The notes beneath the pieces were generated by a model. The model saw only the letters and a program-made list of their open reading frames with translations, was not told the origin of the DNA and made no database searches. A DNA stretch of 64,000 bases from Octopus sinensis (Eukaryota): contig NC_043003.1 of NCBI RefSeq assembly GCF_006345805.1, positions 21,080,001-21,144,000 on the forward strand. Direction: 5' to 3'. Of the stretch, positions 46,688-59,892 are shown one piece after another. The translations under genes were made by a program, and so were the position numbers. Position 1 is the stretch's first letter, and each line of letters starts with the position of its first letter.

Positions 46688-49298
46688 TTAATCATGTATA
46701 CCAACTTCCCACTCTTATTTTTTTTCTGAACATGTTGAATTTCAGATGCTCAAACTGCATGTCAACTGCATTAACCTAACCTATGTAAGAGAACATGTAA
46801 CAGCCATGAGCTCTGCTCTGCTTCCTATTACCTTCACTGTCATATCAAAATTAAAGCTAAGGCTACGAGCTGGCAGAATCGTTAGCATGCTGGATGAAAT
46901 GCTTAGTGCTATTTCAACCATCACTAAGTTCTGAGTTCAAATTCCACCGAGATCGACTTTGTCTTTCAACCACTTGCAGTCAATAAATTAAGTACCAGTG
47001 AAACACTACGGTCAATGTAATCGACTAGTCTCCACCCCTCAAATTTCAGGCCTTTTTGCCTTCAGTAGAAAGGATATTAGTATTAAAGAGGTTACAGCAA
47101 AAGGTATCTTTCTTTAATGTTTTGCTTGTTTCTGTCATTGGACTGCGGCTGTGCTGGGGCTCTGCCTTGAAGGGTTTAGTTGGCTGCTTATTCTATTAGT
47201 GCTTTTGCTGAACTGCTAAGTTACAAGGATGTAAACAAACCAACATTTGTTGACAAGTGATGGTAAGGCACAAACACAAACACAACACACACATGTGTGT
47301 GTGTGTGTGATATATATGTATATATATATAAATGAGTAACAGTGGAGGTACAGGTGTCAATTCATTAGAGCCATTTCATTAATTAATGAAGACATTACAT
47401 CATTAGAAAGAAACTGTTTTCATCAGATGAATTCATGAACTTCAAAATAAAGGACTTTCAAAATGATTTAACACAGTTTAAAATTCACAGAGAGAAAAAT
47501 ATTTATAGTGATTCTGCTACTATTTCAGTTGACAATTTGGCTGTACCAGAGTAGTGTATTTTTGATCAGAACAGAAATTTAGAGGTTAGTAGAGTTTTTA
47601 GGAGGGGGAAGGAATAATTGAATCCAGTGACCCAATTATCTTTATTTTCACAAAGAGAGGAGGGCATGGCTCCATTAGTTTAAATTTATCTGTTAAGGAG
47701 TTCTGTTGTGTCTGGGGAGAGTCATACTCTTTTTGTGCCTTATAATTTAACACACTCACCGGTAAAATTTCCACTTATTTCTTATTTTTATTTTCCTAAA
47801 ATTTTCGTTGCATCTTGCAGCCTTTTCAATATTCTTGACTCGGTCTGTTATTTACACTACGTTCCTTTTTTTTTTGTTTGTGTGCATATGTGTGGGTCAG
47901 TATGTGTGTGTGTGTGTGTGTGTGTGTGCTTATGCATGCATGCCTGTACGTATGTATGTGTGTATGTATGTATGTATGCATGTGTGTATGTCTACATGTG
48001 TGTGTATGCATATGCATATATGTATGTATGTGTGTGCATCTGTATGTATGTATTCTGCTTATTCATGTGCTTGCATGTCTGTGTTTGTGTATTTTTTATA
48101 TATGTGTGTGATCGTGTGTTTGTATATGTATGCACCTCTGTCTCCTTGTGCGTGCATGTGTGTGTGTGTGTGTGTGTGTGTGCGGGAGTGCATTTTGCAA
48201 CTATGTATCACGTTTGTCTGTATGAATGTGCATCTCTATATGTGTGGACACGTGTCTCCTTGTTTAATGTCTACTGGTCAGTGGTAAGAAAATTATTTGT
48301 GATCTGGTCAACCTATTAAATTATGGAACCACTGCACAAACTTTATCTCCACAAGTTGACAAGACAGAGGGCAGTAACAAAGAAGTGGGGGGATAGGGAA
48401 TGGAGAACAAGGAGAAAAAAGAAAGGAAGAAAGCTGATTCAACTATTACTAATTACTATAATATTAATAGAGGAAGACTTTGAAGGATAATGGAATAAGG
48501 GTTATGGGGGCAAAGCTCTAAACTATGACAGGGAATCATTGCAGGGGAATAAAAAGAACCTGCTACAACTTAGCAGAGATATAATATTCTTTTCTACTCT
48601 AGGCACAAGGCATGAAATTTTGGGGAGGGATCCAGTCGGTTAGATCGACACCAGTAAGTAACTGGTACTTAATTTATCAATCCCGAAAGGATGAACGGTA
48701 AAGTCAACCTCGGTGGAATTTGAACTCAGAACATAAAAACAGACGAAATATCACTAAGCATTTTGCTTGGTGTGCTAACGTTTCTTCCAGCTCACCACCT
48801 TAGCAGAGTTGTAATATTATAGCAATAAGAGAAATTAGAAATTAAATATAGGTAAATAAATTTTAAAAGTGCTTGAAATTATAAGACAAAGAGATGCTTT
48901 AAGATAGAAAAGTAATAAGAAAATTAAAGTTTTAAAGAAACAGAGTATATAGATAATATTAGGGTAAAAATGGAGATATAAAAAAGATATTTACACAATA
49001 TTGTTGTGGGTGTATATTATTCTAATGAGGTGCCTCAATTTAAGTACCTAATTCAATTGAATTTTACTATGTGTATGTATATATGTATGTGTGTGTGTAT
49101 ATATATATACACACACACATATATATACATACATTTATGCATACAGGAGTGGCTGTGTGGTAAGTAGCTTGCTTACCAGCCGCAGGGTTCCGGGTTCAGT
49201 CTCATTGCATGGCACCTTGGGCAAATGTCTTCTACTATAGCTTTGGGCCAACCAAAGCCTTGTGAGTGGATTTGGTAGACAGAAACTGAAATAAGCCA

Positions 49299-51720
49299 TC
49301 ATCATCATCATCGTTTAACGTCCGTTCTCCATGCTAGCATGGGTTGGACGGTTCGACCGGGGATCTGGGAAGCCAGAAGGCTGCACCAGACTCCAGTCTT
49401 ATCTGGCAGTGTTTCTACAGCTGGATGCCCTTCCTAACGCCAACCACTCCGTGAGTGTAGTGGGTGCTTTTTACGTGCCACCTGCACAGGTGCCAGGCAA
49501 GGCTGGCAGTGGCCACGGTCGGATTGGTGTATTTTATGTGCCACCGGCACGGAAGCCAGACGAGGCGGAGCTGGCATCGGCCACGAGTCGGATAGTGCTT
49601 TTTACGTACCACCAGACCAGGGATCCTGGCTGGTTCAATTCGATTTCGATTTCGCTTGCCCCAACATGTCTTCGCAAGCAAGGGGGTTGGCATGGGTGCC
49701 TGTCGTACGGTCAGATTGGTGTATTTTACATGCCACCGGCACGGAAGCCAGTGGAGGCGGCGCTGGCATCGGCCACGAGTCGGATAGTGCTTTTTACGTA
49801 CCACCAGACCAGGGATCCTGGCTGGTTCAATTCGATTTCGATTTCGCTTGCCCCAACATGTCTTCGCAAGCAAAGGGGGTTGGCATGGGTGCCTGTCGTC
49901 GGATGAGGTTCTATATCGACTTCGCTTGCCTCAACAGGTCTTTGTGTCCAAGGGAGGAAAGGCATTCATAAGTGGGCTGGGCTCACTTGTCCTGCCTGGT
50001 CTTCTCACGTACAGAATATTTCCAAAGGTCTCGGTCGCTGGTCATTTCCTCAGTGAGGCCTAAAGTTCGAAGGTCATGCTTCACCACCTCGTCCCAGGTT
50101 TTCCTGGGTCTACCTCTTCCACGGGTTCCCTCAACTGCTAAGGATTGGCACTTTCTCACACACCTATCTTCATCCATTCTCGCCACATGACCATACCAGC
50201 GCAATCGTCTCTCTTGCACACCACAACTGATGCCTCTTAGGTACAACATTTCTCTCAAGGTGCTAACGCTCTGTCGAGTATGTACACTGACATTACACAT
50301 CCATCGGAGCATACTGGCTTCATTCCTCATGAGCTTACGCATGTCCTCGGCAGTCACGGCCCATGTTTCACTGCCATGTAGCATGGCTGTTCGTACACAC
50401 GCATCATACAGTCTGCCTTTTACTCTGAGCGAGAGGCCTTTAGTCACCAGCAGAGGTAAGAGCTCCCTAAACTTTGCCCAGGCTATTCTTATTCTAGCAG
50501 TTACACTTTCAGCGCACCCACCCCCACTACTGACTTGGTCACCTAGATAATGGAAGCTATCAACTACTTCTAGTTTTTCCCCTTGGAAAGTGACAGAAGT
50601 TATTTTCTGCAGATGTTCGGAGTTTAATGCTCCTGAGCATCTGCCACATACAAAACTATCTTCCCAGTTAGCCTACCTTTGACATTGCTGCACCTCTTAT
50701 GTGTCCATAGCTTACACTGGGTACATCTTATAGAGTTTCTACCTACACCTTTTCTACAGATCGAGCAGGGCCATCTTCCTGAAGACATTTGTGGATTGTC
50801 TACCTTCCTACTTATTAGTACTTTGGTTTTAGCTAGGTTGACTCTAAGGCCCCTCGATTCTAAACCCTTCTTCCACACCTGGAACTTCTCCTCCAGCTCT
50901 GATAGTGACTCAGCAATAAGAGCAAGGTCGTCAGCGTAGAGGAGATCCCGGGGACAACCTGTCTTGAATTCCTCCGTAATTGCCTGGAGGACTATGATAA
51001 ATAGGAGGGGGCTGAGTACTGAACCCTGGTGGACCCCAACCTCTACTTTGAATTCTTCTGTGTACATGTTGCCAACCCTCACCTTACTTACGGCATCTCT
51101 GTACATGGCTTGCACAGTCCTCACCAGCCATTCATCTATCCCTAGTTTCCTCATTGACCACCAGATAAGGGATCGGGGGACCCTATCAAAAGCTTTCTCC
51201 ATGTCAACAAAAGCCAGGTACAGGGGCTTATCTTTGGTTAGGTATTTCTCCTGCAGCTGCCTTACCAGGAATATAGCATCAGTGGTACTTTTCCCTGGCA
51301 CGAACCCAAACTGCATCTCATCTAAACTAACTCTCTCTCTAATTAGTTGGGCTATGACCCTCTCCGTAACCTTCATTACTTGATCCAACAGCTTGATACC
51401 TCTGTAATTATTTGTATCTAGGGCATCACCTTTACCTTTGTAGCAGTTGACTAGTATGCTGCTACACCAGTCATTGGGTATGACTCCTTCGTGTATCACC
51501 TGGTTGACTATACGGGTGACTAGGTTATAGCCGACACCGCCAGATATTTTGAGCATCTCTGCAGTAATTCCTGATGGGCCTGGGGCTTTCCCTGTCTTCA
51601 TGCTTCTAATTGCCTTAGCTACCACGGAACTATCAACTCGGATAGCTGGTCCCTCTGTTGGGTCAACATTCGGCAGACTCTCTTTATCCCATTCATTTTC
51701 TTTATTCAGCAACCTTTCAT
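49299..51720 (-). mobile_element. 5'-truncated RTE-clade LINE, same family, with full 3' end
   Basis: ORFs 50624-51712 (YADD RT core) and 49983-50447, 1-nt frameshift near 50630; 3' UTR and (CAT)n tail at about 49300. Confidence 0.95.
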
Positions 51721-51741
51721 AGAACCTTTCATAGAACCATC

Positions 51742-51773
<32 letters not shown>

Positions 51774-52028
51774 TTGTTTGTGTGTCTGTGTTTGTCCCCC
51801 ACCATCGCTTGACATCCGATGGTGGCATGTCTACATCCCTGTAACTTATCTTAGCATTTCAGCAAAAGAGAACAATAGAAAAAGTACAAGGCTTACAAAG
51901 AATAAGTCCTGAGGTCAATTTGTTTGACTAAAGGTGGCGCTCTAGCATGGCTGCTGTCAAATGACTAGAACAAATAAAATAATATATATATATATGTATG
52001 TATGTCTGTATACACATACATATACATA

Positions 52029-52071
<43 letters not shown>

Positions 52072-52326
52072 TATATACATATACATGCATAGATGTCTGT
52101 ATATTCTTTTACTTGTTTTAGTCATTAGACTGTGGCCATGCTGGGGCACATTATGGTGTGAGCATCACAACATAAACACTGTAGTGCAAAATATTAAAGT
52201 GTAACAATAACCATGTTATAAACTCCATGATGTAAACCGTTTGGTAAAGAGCAGCAGGGTTTACTGGAAAGAAAGATATATGTAGAAATAAACAAGCAAA
52301 GACAGGATAAACTGTTTCACACTCAC

Positions 52327-52370
52327 CTACGTCCATCTGATGCATAAATGACTTTAGATGCTACCTTGTC
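52327..52370 (-). CDS. FAAH: FAAH-like copy B exon (44 nt)
   Basis: TAG|DKVASKVIYASDGR(AG)|GTGAGT; phase-consistent small exon. Confidence 0.68.
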
Positions 52371-52501
52371 CTAGCAAAACAGGATTAATATAAGTAAAGA
52401 AGCGAACAGACAAAAATGTGAAAGCAAAATATTTTTCATTTCAAAAACTATCCCATTTTTTTTTTTCCTTTAATTAATTTTTGGGTTTTATTTATCTATT
52501 T

Positions 52502-52886
52502 ACTAGCAGTATCACCCGGCGTTGCTCGGGTTTGTAAGGGAAATAACTATAAAGCATTTTTAGAGAGTTATAGCCAAAAAATAGCAAAAAAATGGGGGAA
52601 AAAATGATGGTAAATTTTTTTTGATAGTTAAAAAGGTCGAGTTGCATCCCCTAGACCATCTGTGGTTTGTTTCTGATTGTCGACCCCATGTCGAATTTAT
52701 CGATCTTTTTCAGAACTGGGGGAACTTTTCAAAATGTTCGCTGCATTAGTTTTGAATTATGACATTGGGCTATGTGTGTGTCAAGTTTCATCAGAATCGG
52801 TTGAAAGCCGTGGTCAGGGTGAGGGTACAACCTGACAGACACACAGAAACACACACAGACAAACTGCCGTTTATATAGAGAGAGAT
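52502..52886 (+). mobile_element. Helentron/DINE-like non-autonomous element
   Basis: Starts ACTAGCAGTATCACCCGGCGTTGCTCGGG (terminal hairpin); ends (CAGA/CA)n-AAACTGCCGTTTATATAGAGAGAGAT. Confidence 0.62.
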
Positions 52887-53434
52887 TTCCTATAATTTCA
52901 AGTCTGAAATTATTTTCTATAATTTCAAAGTTTACTCAATGGTAGATTCTCTGTTGGTCTTCACTATGAGAATTCGGTTGTTTGTTCAACCAAATGAATT
53001 CCTACTCATGAAAATACCATACAAGTGGCTGAGTATTCCACAGACTATTTTCAGGTTGAATCAGTGTGAGACAATGTGACAAAGGTGAAATGAGAAAATT
53101 GGGAGCAGCTGTTTGGACACTGGTGATTTGGCATGGCTGATTGTGACACTGGTCTTGCTTTGATGACAGTACTTTTCATGCTGAAGACACACACACACAT
53201 GCATGTGTATATGTGCAAACCCACATGCACATGAATTCTACAAAGTATATTTATATTAGACGATGAACTCAAAAAGAAGACAACACGAGAGGGCCAAGTT
53301 TTAATGAACATTATTTTAGTATAACCCTTAAAAAGAAAGGAAACATCCTTGACATTTCAGTCATTAGTCCTTCATCAGCAAAATAAAAACACACTTGGCA
53401 GAAAAATATTTGGGATCAAGAAGATAATACTTAC

Positions 53435-53522
53435 AAAAGGATAAACAAGGGCTGAAATAATTTTCTTAAAACCTTCTGATTTTGTAACAAAATACAACTC
53501 CTTACTTGGGCTTTCATATTTT
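53435..53522 (-). CDS. FAAH: FAAH-like copy B exon
   Basis: CAG|A-KYESPSKELYFVTKSEGFKKIISALVYPF|GTAAGT; 88 nt; supported mainly by phase and position. Confidence 0.72.
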
Positions 53523-55537
53523 CTGGAACAGAAGGAGAAAAATATGCAGGTTGTACTGAAAGTAATGTAAAAGTGGGTATAATCTTTTTATTAACGAACA
53601 GAAATATAATACTATAATCTTAATATGTGATCTGCAGTTTTAACTGTTTTTTACTTTGTTAGATAGAATGAAGAGGAGACCATGGGATTGGACCTAGAAA
53701 GTTACCCTCCTAGGCACAAGTCAGGGCAAAATTGTTTGTGGAAGACTAGCACTCACCCATGCATACCAGCCTCCCCTCTCCACACCACTGATGTTTTCCA
53801 AGGGAAAGGCAAAGGCCGATACAGCTTGGCACCAGTGATGTCGCAACTCATTTCTACAGCTGAGTTAACTGGAGCAACGTGAAATAAAGTATCTTGCTCA
53901 AGAACACAACATGCAGCCCGGTCCGGGAATTGAACTCACAACCTCACAATCGTAAGCTCTACGCTCTAACCACTGAGCCATGCGCCTTCACAAATAGAGC
54001 GTAATTCTTTATATAAAGTAGAATATTAGGAAAAGCTTTGAATATGGACGCATAATCATGTGCTTAACCCTATAGTATTTAAACCGGCCAAAATATGTCA
54101 CATGGTTTATGTTCAAAATGACCAGATCTGGCCAATCACACCTACTTTACAATGTCATTCTTAAAACAAGCCATCACATCACTGAAATCTCAAAGCTACA
54201 AGATAATGTGAGACCAATTCAAAACAATATGAATAAATAAACATTACACTTGACAGAGTAATCTGAATGCTAAGGGATAAAAGAAGTTTGCCTTGCAACC
54301 ACATGGTTTCTGGTTCAATTCTATTATGCTCAGCCACATGCACATTAATTCCATGAACAGGTTGTTCCATTGATCAGAACATCTGGAACCCTTATCATGG
54401 TAAGCGAATGAGTGTCAGTTAGTTATATGTAATATATATGGGTATTTTATCTGTCATAATAGGCTGGTTTGCTGGTTGCCTAGCTGGTGGAGCGGGGGCC
54501 ACCCCATCAGTTAAAACGATGAATGTTCCAGTCAATCCAATTAATGGAACAGTCTGCTCCTGAAATTAATGTGCAAGTGGCTGAGTACTCCAGACACACA
54601 TACACTTAATGTAATCCTTAGGGAAATTCAACATGACACATTGAATGTAACACAGCTAGTCCATTGAATTACAGGTACAACTCATTTTTGCCAGCTGAGT
54701 CGACTGGAGCAACGAGGAATAAAGTATCTTGCTCAAGGATGAAATGCACCACTAGGAATTGAATTCACGACCTTATGATTGAGAGCCGAATACACTAACC
54801 ACTAAGTATCTGTAATAATTAAATTATGGTAGCTGTACAAAATCTCCCTGAGGACAAAATTCCACCAGATGAAATTGCTATTGTTCTAATCAATAATAAA
54901 TATTTTAACTTTTTTTCATAGAATTTCGCTTTCATAAAATATTTTTATTGTAAAGAAAGAACAATATCCCAGGGGATATTGACTGCCAGTGAATTTTGAG
55001 TGAGGGGATTTTGTCCAGGGGGGATTTTGTCCAAGGGCTGGCTTTCGTCCTAGTACCTTAAATTACACTTTATGTATTTTATTGTAATTTGTCATGCATG
55101 TGGTCAGGTTAAGGTACATGGCTTAGTAGTTAGGGTACTTGGCTCATGATCATCATGTCATGGGTTCATTTTCTGGTGATGCATTTTGTACTTGAGCAAG
55201 ACACTTTATTTCACATTGCTCCAGTCTGCTCAGCTGACAAAATTGAGTAGTACTTGCATTTCAAAGGACCAGCCTTGTTACATTCTGTGTCACACTGAAT
55301 CTACCTGGGAACTACACTAAGGATACTTGTGTCTGTGGAGTACCCAGCCATTTGCATGCAAATTTTACAAGCACACCATTCCATGGTCAGATCAACTGGA
55401 ACCATTGTTGTTGTACCTAACAACAGAGTACCAGTTTTTTTATGTACTCCATGGTACCCCAATCCATGGAAACCTTACACAAAACCAGTCTGTGGTGCAA
55501 GCAAAATATTTGGGGAGCACAGGTGTAGAATACTTAC

Positions 55538-55629
55538 ATCAATTTGCTCATCAAATATCCATCAGACCACAATATATTTATGACCAAAACCAGAGCATCA
55601 AGGATCCTAGGAGGAGTAAAATCAACCAC
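55538..55629 (-). CDS. FAAH: FAAH-like copy B exon
   Basis: CAG|VVDFTPPRILDALVLVINILWSDGYLMSKL(AT)|GTAAGT; 92 nt; phase-consistent. Confidence 0.85.
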
Positions 55630-56371
55630 CTGTAAATTAAATGAAACAACAACAGCTATCAATGATAGTCTCTTCATAGGTGCCCTAACCCTAATGGTAG
55701 TGTGCTAGGATAATTTGCTTTCCAACCATATGGTTCTGGGTTCAGTCCCACTGCATGGTACCTTGAGCGAGTGTGTTTTACTATAGCCTCAGGCCAACAA
55801 AAGCCTCTCTCAGTCATTGGACCGTGACCATACTGGGATACCACCTTGAAAGGTTTTTGTTGAACAAATCCAGCACTTACATTTTAAGATTGGTTCTCAT
55901 ACTATTGGTCTCTTTTGCCAAAGCACTAAGTTACTGGAACATAAATCAACCAGCAGTAGTTGTCAAACAATGAATACAGGCATACACATATAGATATACT
56001 TATGTGTGAGCACCTGTGCCAGTGGCATTAAAATAGCACCCATCAAGTATTGGGCATCATGGAGGCAATAACAAGTGACTGAGATCTCTGGCAATACTGT
56101 GCTTGAGTAGAAGACCCAGCAAACCAAGTGAAATCGTAGTCATGAAATCATAGTCATGCAACTGACACCCATGCTGGTGGCACATAAAATCACACATTAC
56201 ATTCTGGAAGTGGTTGGTGTTAAGAAGGGCATCAAGCTGTAGAAACCATGCCAAATCAGACTGGAGTCTAGTGCAGCCCCTCAGGTTATCAGCCCTCATC
56301 AAACCATGCAACCCATGCCAGCATGGACAGCAGACATTAAATGATGACGATGATGGATGAGGATGAATATG

Positions 56372-56420
<49 letters not shown>

Positions 56421-56489
56421 TATATTGTATTGGCATCCTTTCTGTCTCGGGAGACAATGGAGTTGCGCATTTTTTAATTTTTTTTTTTT

Positions 56490-56541
<52 letters not shown>

Positions 56542-57289
56542 TCAGAAATGAAACCACACATGGACCATTGGCAATTTTCCTTTCTTTTCTCTTTTTCCTT
56601 TCTGACAAAGAATCATATTCGAAATGTTAAAAACTCTCTCCTTTCACCGAGAATTCCATTCACAAAAATTAAACTAATATAATTCTTGTGCACGTCCTCA
56701 CATTTGTTTTTTCCCTTCTTTTACTCTTTTTGTTTTTTTTCCTCTTTATTTTTTTTATTCCTTTTTTGAATTGTTTTTGTTGAATTGACTATAAGTATAT
56801 GATGAGCTTCTTTCAATTTTCATCTACTAAATCCGCTCACAAGGCCCTGGACAATAGTAGAAGACACTTGCCTAAGGTGCCATACAGTGGAACTGAACCC
56901 AGTACCCTTTGGTTGGGAAGCAAACTTCTTATCATTCAACGATGCCTGGCTGATTCAAACAACAACAATTACGTATTCATGTTTAAATCTGCTAAAATAT
57001 ATAAAAAATTCGAGACCCAGGATTTTAAAATATTCATCAGTGCCATTCAATTTAGCAGTGGCAAAGTCAGAATCATGAAATCCCTCCTTACCAACAAACC
57101 GAGACCAGCCATTACATAATTACATAACAGAAAAGAACTACATGAAGTGGACTAGTTGCTATAGCAACACCAGTCTGTGCATGTCACATTCCTCATCCAC
57201 AAATCTGACCAACAACCTTTTCCATCCTTCGCTTTTCCACATGTCCTGAAGAAAAGTCATAGCCCTGAAATATAGAAATATAAGTGCAA

Positions 57290-57665
57290 GCATGGCAGTG
57301 TGGTAAGAAGCTTGCTTTCCAGCTACATGGTTCTGGGTTCAATCCCACTGCATGGCACCTTGGACAAGTGTTTTCTATTATAGCCTCGAGCTGACCAAAG
57401 ACATGTGAGTGGATTTGGTGGAAGGAAAAATGAAAGAAGTTTGACATATACATGTGTGTGTGTGTGTTTGTATTTATATGTGTGTATGTCTGGGTTTGTC
57501 CCCTTCCCCATTACTTGACAATCAATGCTGGTGTGTTTATGTCTCTGTAACATAGCAGTTCAGCAAAAGACTAATAGAATAAGTACTAGGCTTAGAAAGA
57601 ATATGTCCTGGGGTCAATTTCTTTGACTAAATCCCTTCAAGGCAGTGCTCCAGCATGACCACAGT
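57290..57665 (+). mobile_element. Family A SINE (left member of tail-to-tail pair)
   Basis: Same consensus motifs as family A, plus strand. Confidence 0.85.
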
Positions 57666-57675
57666 TAAATAACTC

Positions 57676-58072
57676 TCTTTTACTTGTTTCAGTCATTTGA
57701 CTGCAGCCATGCTGGAGCACCACCTTTAGTTGAGCAAATCGACCCTAGGACTTATTCTTTGTAAGCTTAGTACTTATTCTATCAGTCTCTTTTTGCCGAA
57801 CCGCTAAGTTATGGGGACATAAACACACCAGCATCGGTTGTCAAGCGATTTTGTGGGGACAAACACAGACACACAAACATATACACATGCACACATATAT
57901 ATATACATAAATACAACGGGCTTCTTTCAGTTTCCATCTACGAAATCCACTCACAAGGCTTTGGTCGGCCCGAGGCTATAGTAGAAGACTCTTGCCCAAG
58001 ATGCCACACAGTGGGAATGAACCACGTGGTTGCGAAGCAAGCTACTTACCACACAGCCACTCCTGCGCCTAT
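57676..58072 (-). mobile_element. Family A SINE (right member of tail-to-tail pair)
   Basis: Same consensus motifs as family A, minus strand. Confidence 0.88.
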
Positions 58073-58227
58073 AACTGAAGCAAGTAAAAGAATAAAAGAA
58101 TAAAAATAAAAATATGAGATAAAACTACAACTTTGTTTTGTTTTGTTTTCTTTGTAGTTTACTTCATATCTTCTTGTATTGTTCCAGCTTTACCCAAGTC
58201 TCTTTAAAATAATGATAACATTCTTAC

Positions 58228-58353
58228 CGTATGCCCTTTGGCTTCCAAAGCTTCCTTTGCTAAAAGAACTGCTCTACGGCAGGCTGGGGTAGCACTAACT
58301 AAATTATTAGTCTCATAATAGCCAATCCGTAGTTTTCTTTTGCCATCAAACAA
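58228..58353 (-). CDS. FAAH: FAAH-like copy B exon
   Basis: LFDGKRKLRIGYYETNNLVSATPACRRAVLLAKEALEAKGHT; 126 nt; corresponds to FAAH LRVGYYETD...RRAV...GHT. Confidence 0.93.
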
Positions 58354-58399
58354 CTGAAAAGTAACAGAAAATATATTTGTTATTATTATTTCTTTTTAT

Positions 58400-59010
58400 C
58401 ACAAGTTTTGTTGGAATCCCTGAGGCCTTGCATGCAGAGCAGGCTTGCTGCCTGCAGCCTACAGTACCATGCTATCCATTCTTTTCAGCTATCTAATACT
58501 TTCCTGATTATTCTGGCCATGCCAAGGAGGCAAACCTTTTGTAGCAGTTCTACTGGGCATCTATTCCAATTTCAATTATATTCCTCTTGCTGCCTTCTGA
58601 TATTGTTCCTAAGTACCCAACAATAATTGGCATTATCTTCATCATCTTCATGTCCCACAGCTGGCCTATTTCGTACATAATAGGGTTGTATCTATCTATT
58701 TTTCCATCATCCTTCTCGACTATCCATGGGTCAAAGAAGCATGCAACATCAACTATACAGCACATATGGTGCATCTTGTCGACCACCACTAGGTCCGGTC
58801 TGTTATGCTGTAGCACCTGATCTATTTGGATTGGGATATCCCAGAGGATTTTGCTAGTCTCCAACTCCGTCACTCTCTGTGGTGTGTGCACATACCACAT
58901 CTTGCCTCTCTCTCGCCCCCCACTTTTTGCACAGTTTCCAATGTTGCACTTTTGCTACATGATCATATGCCTCCACTTGTAGTGGTAATTTTTGAGAGTG
59001 GTTGAGTTCA
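58400..59010 (-). mobile_element. R4/Dong-type LINE 3' end with restriction-like endonuclease remnant
   Basis: HDHVAK..HWKLCKK, ILWDIPIQ.D..LQHNRPDLVVVD...IVDVAC..D...EK..K..Y; ends near a (TAA)n-like tract. Confidence 0.8.
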
Positions 59011-59336
59011 TTTTTAGTTTTCTCATTTGTGAGTGCAGTCAAGTTTATTTCAGATATTCTCATTTTAAAAATCCTCTCTGGCTAATCGTTGAGAGGACGT
59101 TGGTGTTGCCTTGGCAGAGGTTTGCACTCTCTGAGTCCTCTTGCTTTTGCTGTTGTTGTCGTCGTTGTCGTTGTTGTTGTTATTATTATTATTATTATTA
59201 CTATTATTATTATATTATTATTACTATTATCATTATTATTACTATCTTTTATCTTTTACATGATTCAGACATCCGACACCAGTAATAATTCTCATTAAAA
59301 AAAAATCTATGGAAATCAAGAAATACCATTCCTTAC

Positions 59337-59461
59337 ATGATTCTGGAATTCTATAGGGGATATTTGGGGATCCATTTCAAAGACCTCCTGAGAAAACAAT
59401 GCTTTTGTTGCCATAATCAAGCCATCAGCAGTCTGTGCCATTGGGCCTACAGAAGTCTGAA
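59337..59461 (-). CDS. FAAH: FAAH-like copy B exon
   Basis: (V)QTSVGPMAQTADGLIMATKALFSQEVFEMDPQISPIEFQNH; 125 nt; corresponds to FAAH SVGPMARDV...LDP. Confidence 0.92.
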
Positions 59462-59851
59462 CTGTAATTAAAGAAATAATTAAACAATTTATCATTATAA
59501 ATAGAGCTGTTATATGCAGGTATACCTGTATGGTTAAAAAGTTTGCATTTTCTCATTGTGATTCAAATTTTGTTCACAACAGGCAGCCACTTGGGCAAAT
59601 GTCTGCTACCAAAACTACAATAGAGCTGGATAAATGAGCACGAAACAAAGTACTGGATTGCTATAATCAGCGGAAAATACTGACAGTTGTGCCCTAGTGT
59701 GTCCTTTCTATCTTTTTTTAAGATGGTAGAGTAAGATTTAAAGGTGATTTAACTGCTATTTCAAGCTTGTTTTGAGACTCCTTCTTTAGACCACATCATT
59801 GAGTTTATCTAAATAAATAAAAACATGAAGGAAAAGTAATATTGTTCTTAC

Positions 59852-59892
59852 CAAGAATTTGTTCTTTGACTGGTTTAAATATACTTCCCGTC
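59852..59892 (-). CDS. FAAH: FAAH-like copy B exon (41 nt)
   Basis: TAG|G-TGSIFKPVKEQIL-G|GTAAG; its phases (2 in, 1 out) exactly bridge the neighbouring exons. Confidence 0.8.

Noticed and set aside
49331-49906. 191-aa ORF and similar MLAWVGRF... ORFs (30830, 39331, 44279)
   Set aside because: Antisense readings of the LINE 3' UTR repeat.
53435-53556. Alternative split of this exon into two using the internal GTAAG and CAG
   Set aside because: It would need a 30-nt intron and breaks the phase chain; the single 88-nt exon fits.
54827-55058. Possible DNA-transposon MITE with repeated GGGGATTTTGTCC subterminal motifs
   Set aside because: The terminal inverted match is poor and the TSD unclear, so it cannot be classified from the sequence alone.
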